Origin: Cyanophora paradoxa CCMP329
Lineage: Eukaryota; Plantae; Glaucophyta
Length of the DNA: 64,000 nt
Direction of reading: 5' to 3'
Assembly (NCBI GenBank): GCA_004431415.1
Contig: QPMI01000206.1
Span: 62,001 to 126,000, forward strand
The notes below the pieces were generated by a model. That model made no database searches. It was not told the DNA's origin and worked only from the letters and a program-made list of their open reading frames with translations. The position numbers and the translations under genes were made by a program. Of this stretch, positions 23,239 to 34,478 are shown piece after piece (position 1 is the stretch's first letter; each line of letters starts with the position of its first letter).

Positions 23239-26200
23239 TCAGCCGACGGCGATGCCCTCGGCGCCGAGGAGGAGCCGCTTGGCGTGCAGGCTCTTCTTCC
23301 GCGTCCGCCGCGCCAGCGCCCCCTGCGGCGAGGAGCTCCCGGCCCGCTCGGCGCGCTCCTCGGCAAAGGTGACGCCGGAGCCCGTGCGGGCGAGCTGCAG
23401 TGAGGAGGCCGGGCTGAAGGACGACTCCGAGGCCGCCCGCCCCAGCGCCGGCAGCACGTGCAGCTGGTTCGAAGGGGTGAGGCGGGGCTCATAAGAAGGT
23501 GTGAGGCGGGGGTCGAAGGGGTGAGGCGGGGCTCGAACCCGGGAGAACTTGGCGGCGAGGGAGGGCTCCTGCTTCGTGGGGGAGTAGATCGACTGCTTCC
23601 GCAGCGGCGACGCCTGCGGGGCGCGCGCGCGTGAGCGGCGAAAACGAGGCGTGTTGCGGAGCCTGCGCACCCGGCCGTCCCTGCTGGGGGCGGGGGGCGG
23701 CCGCGCCGCCGCCGCGTCGCCCGACGGCTTGACCTTCCAGCCCGCGCGCTTGAGGCCCTGTATATACACACGCCCTCGGTCGCATGTCGGGGAGGGAGAT
23801 AGGGGGGGTACGCACATCGGGGACGTAGATGAGCAGGTCCCAGGAGCGGGGTACAGGGGGCGGCGCGGGGCTCCGGGGCGCCGGGGCGGGCGCCGGCGCG
23901 GCGCGGGAGGCAGGCGGGGCCGGCGGCACGTCGATGAGGGGCGGCGGGGGCCCGTCCGGGGAGAAGAACGGGACGGCCGGGGCGGGGGCGGGGGCGGAGG
24001 GGCTGGGGGGTACGGGGGAGCTGGAGGCGCGGAGGAAGGAGACGGGCGAGCCGCAGGCGGGGGACGCGAGGGCCGACGCCCGCGAGTGCGCCGGCGAGGG
24101 CGGCGCGGCCTCCTGCAGGGGGTACGTTAAAAGAGAAGACAAAAGAGAGAAAGATAGAAAAGGGCGGCGCACGCGGAGGACGGTCTGCGTACCGACTGTC
24201 CTACACCCCGCCTTCGCGGGCGAGGGGGCCGCGCTGAAGGAGAGGCGCCGCGTCGCCTGCCGGGGGCGCTCAGGCGGGGGCCGGACGCGCGGGAGGGGCA
24301 CACGGCACCTCGGCGACCTCCTCGTCGAAGTCGTCGTACCCCGCCTCAGAATCTTCCTCGTCCTCCTCCTCAGAGCCGTCCTCCTCGGAGCCGTCGCCCT
24401 CGTCGAGGGTCGGCATCGCCAGCGGCGGGGGCGGCGTCACGCGGCGGGCGGCCCCGAGGGCCGGGGCCGAGGCCGATGGCGAGAGGCCGGCCGGGGCCGC
24501 CGGCTGGGCCGGCTGGGCAGGGGCCGGGGCCGGGGCCACCGGGTCGCCCCCACCGAGGGCCCCAGCGCCTCGGGGACGTACTGCCGGGGGGGGGGGGTAC
24601 GTGAGCGTCGCCCTCGCAGGGGGTACACAAATCGCGCACCACGTCGAAGGCGAGGCGGGACTGGCAGCGAAAGGCCGCAGCCTCGCCGGCGCCCTGCAAG
24701 CGGGGTAAGGAGGGGGCGGGGAGGCGGGGGGGGGAGGGGGGAGGGGAGGGAGGGAGGGATTCGGGGGGTACGGGCCTGGACGGGCGAGATGGCGGTGCAC
24801 ACGAGCGTGAAGTACACGCGCTGGTAGGCGGTCCACGTCGACCAGACGCGGCCCAGGGGTACAACGAGGTCCATCCGGAAGCTGCGCGGCGCGGCGTGCG
24901 TGAGCGGCGGGCCGGGGACTGGCGCGGGCCGCCGGCGCGCACTTCGCCTCGGATTCGGGGTACACGATCACGTCGTCCGCTGCTCCGAACTGCGCCGGGG
25001 CGCCTCAGCTGCGCATCGGTCGCGCGCCTTATGCCTGAGGGAGGGGTACGTGCGCGCCTCGGAGACGTAGGCCTGGCGCTCGAACGTGTGCTCGAGCCTG
25101 CGCGGGGCGATTAAGCGCAGTCTATCCGGGAAGGGAGCAGATCTAGAAAAGAAAAGAAGCGTACCCCGGCATCTGGACGCGGTTCGTCTCGTAGATGTAG
25201 ACGCGCAGGGTTCGCAGCGTCAGCTTCGTCATGTTCGACACCAGAACGGAGACTAAAAGGCACGGGTGTCAGGGACGGTGGGGGGCGGGCAGGCTTGGGG
25301 CGGTACCGGGGATGGTGGAGCCGGCAGCCAGTACCCCCGAGGGCATGGACGCCTTTACTGAGAGGCTGCCGAAGCGGCCGCTGACCTGCGGGGGTACGGG
25401 TCGCGACGGGGTGGCGGGGTACGCAGATTGGAAACGCGCCGACCATTCCGGTGTCCTGGATCGGACCCTTGTTGCCCCACGGGACGGGGGAGGGAACCTT
25501 TGCGCGCGCGCAGGCTCAGTTGCGGCGCGCGGGAGGGCAGCCCGAGGAGGAGGTACACGCGCACGGGGCGGCAGACGTGGAGGGGTACGACGGTGACAAT
25601 GGAAGAGCCGTCGACGAGCTCCAGCGCCGCGAACACCGCGTAGCTGCACCCCGGCGGATCAGGCGGGGTACGCGAGGGTTTCAGGGGGAGGGGGTACGCG
25701 GACCGAATCCCGGCGTGGGAAGCCGCGCGCTCGAAGGAGGCGGGGGCGGAGGCGGGCACGCGGATGCAGAAGTCCCAGCTGAACTCGCCCTGCGGGAGCC
25801 TCAGGGCAGCGGGGCAGGGCAGCTGCAGGCCGGTGCTCGGGCGCGGACCCAGAGGTATCCCTTCCGCTGAACGTTCGTCTCGTCGGTCCAAACCGGCGGT
25901 CCCTCCGCCACGACGAGCGCTGCCGGCGCCCCCGGATCAAATCGCGGATCAAATTGGAGCTCGGGCGTGAAGGGCGCACGCTTCTTGTGGAGGAGGCGCT
26001 CGCCGGGCTTGTGGACGAGGGGCATGACGGCCGCCTCGGGGTCCTCCAGGTCGCCCAGGTCCGCCCCCGCGCTCGGCGGCACGTACACCGACTTCCGCCG
26101 CTGCGTCTCCGGCGCGTACACCCTGGCCCCGCCCGCCCGCTCAGAGCTCCAGGGCGGCGCTCCGGCGAGCTCGAGGGCGCGCCGCACCGCTCCTCGCCGC

Positions 26201-26435
26201 ACACCAGCACGCGCATGCGCTTCGCGTGGATCTCGATTGGCGTCACGCTCAGGCGGACCGTGCCCCGCACCTGCGCAGTGGAGGGGCGGTTCGGCACGGC
26301 AGAGGAAGCTGGCCGCGCGGTGCAGATGATCGATGGCGATCGCACCTCCTCGCCGGCGCAGATGGACTGCCGGAAGACGGTGCAGCCGAGCTCGCCGCGC
26401 TCGCCTCGCGCGCCGCGGATCTTCGTCGTGTTCAT
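23239..26435 (-). CDS. Arrestin-fold (alpha-arrestin/Arrestin_N-like) protein with a long Pro/Ser-rich C-terminal tail
   Basis: VRGTVRLSVTPIEIHAKRMRVLVCGEER ... LPQGEFSWDFCIRVPASAPASFE ... YAVFAALELVDG follows the arrestin-N pattern (G.V.L / G.E / L.xG.x.F.F.F.LP...P.SFE / Y.V.A.L). Acidic and Pro-rich exons follow, with a stop at 23239-23241. Confidence 0.7.
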
Positions 26436-26911
26436 TCTAGCCTGGACCTTGTTGCACGCCTATTCCGGCGAGCTCGCTGATGCGTTTCTCCAGAAGCTCT
26501 TCCTGTGTGTTGCTGCTGCAGGCTACGAGCTGCTGTAGCTGCTGTGGCTACAGATGTCCGCCCTGGGGGCGGGTTGTTGCCGCACTTGTGCTGCTGCTGG
26601 TGCAAAGCGCCTGCGCTTGAGCGGGCAGAAAAGCGAGCACGCGAGCCCACGTCGCACGCAAACGAAGCGTCGTGCCCTCGCCCGGCGCTTGTCATCCGCC
26701 TTGTCAAACGAAGCGCTTCGCTTCCGCGTATCTGTGGGCGCCCAGAGCGCATCAAGCGCGATGTGGCAGCATGTGCCATCGCGCCGCGCGCTCGCCAGGA
26801 CGACCAGAGCCGGCTGCACGGACGCCGCTGTCGGCAGTCGGGTACAGCAATTTGAGGGCCGACGCAGTCCAGCTAGGCAGGCTTCGAATTCGCGAAGGAA
26901 GCGGTAGCGCT

Positions 26912-28355
26912 ATGGCTCAGCTGAAGGTGCATGGGCGAGCTTCTGCGCGAGGCCGCTCGCGCAACCAGAATTTGATCCTCAGTGCAGGGCGAAAATGTGC
27001 GAGGGATCTGGGTGGCCAGATTAGCAGACGGTGCCATACTCGCCCAGTACGCCGCGAAGCCCGACGCGAACAGAGTGCGCACGCCGCGCCCTCCCCGTAT
27101 GAACCACTTCGCCTGGTCATGATCAACGCACGCGCGCCTCGCGGCCTCCGCAGACACAGGCGATCCAGAGACTCTTCCAGGAGCGTCGGATTGGAGCGGC
27201 AACGTCCTTGACGCTGCCGGGCACCCTGGACGGCGGCGCACGAGTCCATTTCACTTCCGGCGCCCTTCTTGCTTTCTTGGGTGAAGCGCATGCGCATGCG
27301 CTCTTGACTTAAGCTAGGCACGCGCGGAACTGGCTCTAAATTTCAGCGCTGCGGCCTGCAGTTGCCACTGCCCCGAGCTATCCCGCTCGTGTTGCTTTCC
27401 AGCTCGTCTCGCGCCTTAGCAAGGACTTCACCGAGAATTATGGCGCACAGGTGCGATAGCGATATGTGAATAGTATCACTTTCCCAGCTCCCTGAATTTC
27501 GAATTTATGTTTCCGCAGGTGCCCACTGCAACCGAGGATTCCCTCTCCAGGCGTTCCCGTGCACTGCTCTCGGATCTCGCGGCCAGGTTCGAATTCGCCG
27601 CGAAGCGTCTCGGGCGCCCTAGCCCTGGCCTCTTTCCGCTACGGAGAGTCGGTGACGCTGCTGCAGGTTCGAGGACCCGGCTGCAGTGGACAAGGTCACC
27701 GCAGTCTCGGCGCAGGTCGACCAGGCTCGCGGCGTGATGGCGAACAACATCCAGCTCATGCTGCAGAACCAGGACAGCCTCGAGAACCTCAACGATACCA
27801 CGCGTGCGCATTCGCTTTAAATTTCCCGGCCCTGCTTTTATTTTTCAAACGAGGCTCGTACATTGAATTTGATCCGCGCGTTTTCATCCTGCAGACATGC
27901 TGCGGGACCAGAGCCGGCTCTTCGTGAAGCAGGCGGGCTCCGTCAAGCGCTCGATGTGCTGCCAGAGCGCCAAGATGACCATCATCCTCGTCGTGCGCGA
28001 CCCCGCCCCGGGCCTCATGCCGTGGCCGTCCGCGCGCGCCGCGGCGGGCAGCGGACCGTCGGACCCGCGGGTCGACGTCGAATATTTAATTCGAATATTC
28101 GATCTAGATCTAGAATTCGAGTTGACGTTCGAAATGCTAGACTTTTTTGCGCGCAAGCTATATATAGCTGACACTGTTTTTCCCCAAAATGGAATTAAAG
28201 GTCATTTCGGTGATTATCGTCGCGGTCATCATCGCTGCGGTGGTGCGCATCCCATATGCATGCGCATGCGCGGCGCCCTAATTGTCTAGATCTCCATCAA
28301 GCTCTGACCCCTCGCTGGCTTTCAATCGCAACAGGTTCCCTACGTCAAAAAGTAG
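26912..28355 (+). CDS. Longin-domain VAMP7-like (synaptobrevin) SNARE, copy a
   Basis: MAQLK|GENVRGIWVARLADGAILAQY..., longin motif YPARVAFQL, SNARE helix VDKVTAVSAQVDQARGVMANNIQLMLQNQDSLENLNDTT|DMLRDQSRLFVKQAGSVKRSM, then C-terminal TM (TIIL|VISVIIVAVIIAAV|VPYVKK*). Confidence 0.88.
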
Positions 28356-28747
28356 ATCTTGATCTTGAGCCAAATCTTTAGTCAACGTTAGAAACCCTTG
28401 TAGCTTGCGAGTCGTTCACGGGGCTCGAGTTCGAGCCGCCCCTGATGACCGAGAGTGGAGGGATTCGATTGAATAGCTGTTCTAGTTAGCTCTGCCTGTA
28501 GTGGGCAGAATCGAGCGCTGAACCTCTCATGCCAGATCTCGCAAGGGCCGGGGAAGCCGCAGGCACTCTCGCGAAAACGGTTACGTGCGTACTATCGGTT
28601 CGTATATAGGATCGACTAAAGGACCGGGGGCACAAATGGTACAAGTGGGAAGGACGGGAGAGTTGGAGGCGGGGAGGGGAGATGGTCTGGTTTGGGCAGG
28701 GAGCGGGCGGGGAGAAAGGGCGGAGGGCGGCGGGGCCACCAAGCGCG

Positions 28748-29898
28748 TTACCGCTTGGGGATAACGGACACGATAATGATGATCAAGATGATGACGACGA
28801 TCGCGACGATGAAAGCGGTCATCTGGGGCGGGGGCGTCGGCGGCCGGCGGCTGGAAGCGGGCGGCGCTGGCCCGCACCTTCGCGTTCTTGAGGCACATAC
28901 TCCGCTTCACGGCCGTCGCCTTCTTCTGGAAGGCTTTGCTCTCCTTCGTGAGCATCTCTGAGGGCGCGGCGTCAGAAAAGGACGGCGAAAGGAACGGGGC
29001 GCGGCCGCGGCCGACCAGTCGTGTCGTTGAGGTTCTCGAGGCTGTCCTGGTTCTGGAGCATGATCTGGATGTTGTTGCTCATGACCTGCGGCGAGATTCG
29101 GCCCCTGCAGCTCGGAGCGCGGCGCTGGCTCCAAGCGCACCTGCTTGACCTGGTCCACCTGGTTGGACACCTGCGAGATCTTGTCTACCGCGTTCAGATC
29201 ATCGAACCTGCACGGCGCGCGCGCGCGTTCGAGTCAACAGCCGCCCCGGACGCCCGCTGCGATGGTGAAGAGCCGCACTTCTTGCAAGTCTCAACCAGGA
29301 GGCCCTTCGCGCGCTTAGAGAGACCATCCTCCGCCGACGCCGCAATCTGGGGACCGCAGAGCTCCTTGAAGTCCTTGCTGAACTTGTTGAGCATCTGGAA
29401 AGCGGTTCTCGAGGGGTAGTTCGACGCCGCGGAAACTGCGCAGCCAGCGTCGTAAGAGAAGAAACTAGCTAGAGCGAATGACTGCGCGACGCCGCCGGGC
29501 GCACCGAAGTAGGCACATGAATCATCGGCGGTGTAGTGGAGCTTGCCGTCCTCGAACTCTAGCGTGCCAGCCTTCCGCGCCGATATCTGGCCCTTCGTGA
29601 GAAGGTTCTTCACGCCGGCATTCGACTGCAGCCAGAAAGTGGTTAGCTCGGCGCCGCGGGAAGTTTCGTTGGAATCGGCGGGCGCACCCTGTTGGCGTCG
29701 CCGCGCGCAAGCTGCATATAGGAGGCAACGATGACCTTGTCATCGACTCGGGCAACGCCGCAGTACTTGATGTTCTGGCCCTGCAGGCGCCGAGGAGAAG
29801 TCAGTGAGGCATCACGTGGGGTAGCGCGGCCAGCGGCGGGCACGGAGCACGCTGCTCTCACGAGAAATGCAACGCACCACAGTCTGCGGGGACGCCAT
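28748..29898 (-). CDS. Longin-domain VAMP7-like (synaptobrevin) SNARE, copy b
   Basis: MASPQTV|GQNIKYCGVARVDDKVIVASY..., YPSRTAFQML, VDKISQVSNQVDQVKQ|VMSNNIQIMLQNQDSLENLNDTT|EMLTKESKAFQKKATAVKRSMCLKNAK|MTAFIVAIVVIILIIIIVSVIPKR*. Confidence 0.9.
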
Positions 29899-30400
29899 GT
29901 TGCTAGCAGACGATGCGCTCGATTGGAGGGGTACGAGTACTCAAAACGTGGAGCTCGGAGCAGCGGCAGTCTTTCAGCAGAGCGCAGGAGCCGCTAGTCG
30001 TGGAGAATGCCGCGGCAGCACATCACATTCGGGGCCGACGTTCCTGCGCCGCAGGAGCATGTCCCGCCGCAGACGCACAGAAGAAAGATACGGCTTCCGC
30101 TGTATGATCTGACGCAATCAGGCCGTGTGAGGAAGAACCGTGCGCGCCCGAGCTTAGCTGTCATGCCGGCGGCCCGACGCTTGCTCTAGATGGGATCCAG
30201 GCGGGCGATGCCGCGATCCGAGCGGTCAGCGTTTGCAGCGCGTCGCCGCTCTAGCGCTTGCATCGCCGAGGTTCCAGCTAGAGCGGTGACGGACTGCGGG
30301 CGGTGGTCTAGAGCTCAGCGCGTCCGGCCGCGCAACGCCGACACTGACGAGCCCGTTCGCAGTGAGCTTCAGGCAATTGTCGATCAAGCTGGCGTCGTCG

Positions 30401-33400
30401 ATGCGTAGCATGAAAGGCGGGTTTCTGGCGTCGGGGGCGGCGAGCTGGAAGCGGACGGTGAAGAACAGCAAGCGGGACGGCGGCGGCGGGACGACGCGCA
30501 GACAGCAGCTGCTGCACACGGGCTCCTTCTCGGCGCTGACGCAGGCGGCGAACGAGAAGATCGGTGCGCTCCAGGAGCGGATCGCGGCCGCCGAGGACGG
30601 CGACGCCGGCAGCGACGTCAGCTACGAGAGCGACTTCGAGGGGGACGGGCGCCGCCGCCGCCGCGCCGGCAGCGAGCCCGACGTCGACCAGATCCGCGCC
30701 CAGTTCGAGGTCCGCAAAGGGCCCCGCCGGGATTCGATCCGGAGCGCGCCAGACGCCCCGCGCCAGGACGACTTTGCGGACATACGGGAGGCGCTGGTCA
30801 AGGCGAACAAGGCGCGCCGTACCCCCCCCCCCCCCCCCCAGTCCCGGCTGCGCCTTACCCGTGCCGCAGCTGAACACGGAGCACGAGCGTGCGCGGGGGC
30901 GAGGGGCGGCGGGGGCGAGGGGCGGCGGTGGCGGGGGGGGGGGTACAGATTCCCGGGACGGCCACGCCGCTCATGAGGGAGGGCTGCAGCGCTGGAGGCG
31001 GGGGAGACGACGTGGGGTACGGTTCTCGTGGGCCGGAGCAGGCTCTACAAGGCCGTGCTGACGGAGGAGGGCGCCGTCACGGTACCCCCTTCCCCACCCC
31101 CCCTCTCCTCCCGCCCCACGCGACGTTACCCCCTGAAGGGCTCCCCCCCCCCCCCCCCCCACCCCCAACGCAGATCGAGCTGAGCTGCACGTCGGGGGAG
31201 GCGGACCTGTACGCCTCCTGCACGCAGCAGTACCCCTGCAGGGAGCGGCACGCCTGGCGGGCCACCGACGCGGGCGGCAACAAGAGGATCTCAATCGACG
31301 CGGCAGACCCCGCGCTCGTCGCCGGGCCCATCGTGCGCGTTCGGACGCCGGGTACCCCCCGCGCCCGGGCCGACCTCGTACCCCCCTTTGCCGCCGGCAG
31401 TACATCAGCGTGTTCGGGTTCAAAGCGGCGGACTACGACGTGCGATCGCCGGGCCCCGGCGCCCCTTTCGCGCACGCGAACCCGCCCTTAATCTGCTCTC
31501 CCCCGCAGCTCACGCTCCACGCCTCGGCGCATCAGACCATCTGCGAGTTAAGGCGTGCCCTGTGCCCCCTTCCCCGTCCCCGTACCCCCTCGAGACCCGC
31601 ACCCGTACCCCGCAGGGCGGAGCGGGGCACCGTGCGGCCCGACCGGCCGAAGTACTACCGCTTCCGACTCGCGGACAAGTGGCGCGTACCCCCGTCTTGT
31701 TCGCGTACCCCCGCCCAGAAGATCTGACCGCGTACCCCCAGGTGCGACCTGGTGTTCCGGCTCGCGAACGACAAGGGGGACGTCGACCTGTTCGTTTCGA
31801 CCGAGCGGAAGCGGCCCTCCGCCGGTCCGAACCCGCCCCGCCCCGCCCCGCCCCGCCGCCGCCGCCGCCGTGCTCCCGCGCGAGCGGGGCGGGGCGGCAG
31901 GGCACCGGGAGTGGGCGCTGCAGCGGGACGCGGCGGGCGTGCTCATGATCCGCAACACGGACGAGGCCTTCAAGCTCGGCTGGCGCGCCCCCCGCGCCCT
32001 CCGTCCGCTCCGAGGCTTTCGCCAGGCTCAGCTAGGCCTCGCGCAGGTACTACCTGTGCGTCGCCTGCAGGCACGCCGAGCCGGCGGACTACATGCTCCT
32101 CGTCAAGACCCGCAAGGGCGCGCCCCGCCCCGCCCCGCCCCCCGCCCGCTCGAACAGGGCGCTCAAGGGCCGGCCGCGGGGGCGGGCGCAGTGCGGATCC
32201 TGCCGGGGCAGACGACGCAGGCGACGTACACGGACCGCATGCTCGAGCGCCGCCGCCGCGCGGAGGACGCCAAGCGCCGCGAGGCCCGCCCCCTCGCTCC
32301 CCCCTCCGCTGTCTTCGCTGTGCTCAGGCGGGGCGGCGGGGCAGGGGCGGGACGGGGCGGGGATACGGGAGCGGGTGAAGCTGATGGAGCGGCGGCTGAG
32401 GACCCTCGAGGCGGAGCAGCGCGCCCAGGACCTCGCCCGCGAGAAGCGCGCCCGCCCCGGCCCGAACCCGCGCCGCGCGCCCCGCGCCTCGCCTCACGGC
32501 TCGACCCCGCAGCGAGCGGCAGCGGGCGGAGATGCGCGAGAAGGCGGCGTCCGCGGCCATGCGCCGGTGCGCTGTACCCCTCCCTGCCGGGCCGCGGCAT
32601 ATGCCGTACCCCCTCCCGACGCGGGGGATCAGGCGCCTCTCGGAGTCGAGCCTGCCGGCCGCGGGGTCCCAGCCCGCCTCGGGGGCCGCGTCCCCTTCGC
32701 CCTCCCCGTCCCCCTCTCCCGCCCCCGCCTGCCCCGCCCGCTCCCCCTCCCCCAGCGCCCCAGCCCCCGGCCCCTTCCGCGCCTTTCGGTCCCCCTCCCC
32801 GGCCTCCTCCTCGGCCCTCGCGGAGCCGGCCCCCTCGGCCCGCGCCGCCTCCGCCTCTCCCTCCCGCCGCCCCGCCTCCGCCCCCCTCGGCAGGGACCCC
32901 CAGGACGTCCAGTCAGCCCCCCCCCCCCCCTCGCACCCCGAGTACCCCCCGTGTTTGACCGCGTACCCCCGGCAGGACGGCGCTGAAGTCGATCGCGGCG
33001 CTGCTGAACCGGCACGTGCCGCCGCCCTCCTCGGCCTCGTCCTCCTCGCTGGAGCCCGCCCTCGCCACCCCGCCCGCCAGCTCCCGCCTCCTCCAGCCCC
33101 GCCCCGGCCCCGCCCGGACTCCCCTCCGCCTCCCCTCCCGCGCCGCGGGCCCGGCGCCGACCGCCGGCCGCCCGCCGCGCTCGCCCGCCCCGGGGCCGCC
33201 CGCCCGCCCAGCCTGGGCCCCGGCATCGGCATCGGGATCCGCCCCGCCTCGCCCGCCGGGGCGCGCCCGCCTTCTTCGGGGAGCCTTCACCCGCCGGCTC
33301 CGCCGCCGCCTTCGCGCGCTCGCGCTCCCCTCCCCCTCGCCCTCGCCCGCCGCGCCCCACGCCGCCGCCGGCGCCCGCCGCGCCTCCCTCTCCCCTTCGC

Positions 33401-33531
33401 CCGACGCCGCCGTGGCGCCGGCTGCCCGCCCGCGTAGCCCGGCGGGCCTCGCGGTGGGCCCCCTGAGCGCCATCCGGGCGCGCCGCATGTCGAGCCCCGC
33501 CCCGCTGGGCGGCGCCGGCGGCGGGATGTAG
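30401..33531 (+). CDS. Hypothetical protein with two tandem PPC-like (pre-peptidase C-terminal) beta-sandwich repeats, a coiled coil and a Pro/Ser-rich tail
   Basis: Repeat 1: GTVLVGRSRLYKAV..IELSCTSGEADLYAS..YISVFGFKAADYDL. Repeat 2: GTVRPDRPKYYRFRL..LANDKGDVDLFVST..YYLCVAC..DYMLLV. Both contain GD(A/V)DL(Y/F)V-type motifs. Then ERVKLMERRLRTLEAEQRAQDLAREK (coiled coil). Stop at 33529-33531. Confidence 0.6.
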
Positions 33532-34478
33532 CGACGAACCAAACGTTCTACCGTCTTCTACGCTATATGTTTATTCTACGCTATAGCTAGGCTACTGCAC
33601 TCGACGTCGGACGGTCCGATCACGCGTACGCGTACGCCGCCACAAGCTTAAGCCTTGAAGCATGCAGGGCGTTGCAGGCCGGGCGGCTAGCGCTGCCGCA
33701 TGCGCTGGTCACTGCATGGCCGGGATGATATCGATGGCCCAGTACGTACGCGTGGTCAGTGGTCACGCAGCTGCAGCCTGACACAGGCCTTGCAGCCGGC
33801 CTGTATTATCCTGTATCCCCTACTTCTCCCGCCCCAGAATACGGGCCCAGCCGCTTGTGTACCCCACTGTACATCCAGCCCGTGAATAGGCAAATAGGGT
33901 TCAAGTGCCGTGCTGTTCTCGTTATCCTGAACCCCCCTTAGGGCCTTCGCCGAGTCGTGTCGTGAGGCTTAAATTTGTCGGTAGGCCTCGAGGAACTTGG
34001 CGTTTCTTGCGCAAACTTTCATGCATGCCATGATGCAGGCTGACATGCAGCTGCAGGTTTCAGCTGCAGCTGGTCGGCCGGATATCGATGGATGCGCAAC
34101 CTACTAGCCTAGTATACGTACTGCTATTAGTCTAGTAGGCGCGGGAGCGCTGAATTCGAAGCTAGCACCGTCGCACCGTACCGTGGCACGGTACACGTAC
34201 ATGTGTGCAACTGCCGCAGTGCCGCAGTACTCTATCGCTTGCGCGCGCGCGCGCGCGCTCCGTTCACGATCATCACAGCGGATAGCGTACTACGGTAGCA
34301 TCGACGAGCGCGGCATCCTCGGCGCAACAAGCGCAGAGTAGCCTAGTAGACTCAGGCTAGTAAGATCCAGCGCGCAAGGCGTTCGGCGGGCGTTTGGGCC
34401 CGGGGACTGTCAGCAGCCACCGTGGAGCAGGCGTCTCAGTCGGCGCTGCGCCCGGAGAGCGGCGCCCGCCGCGCGGGA

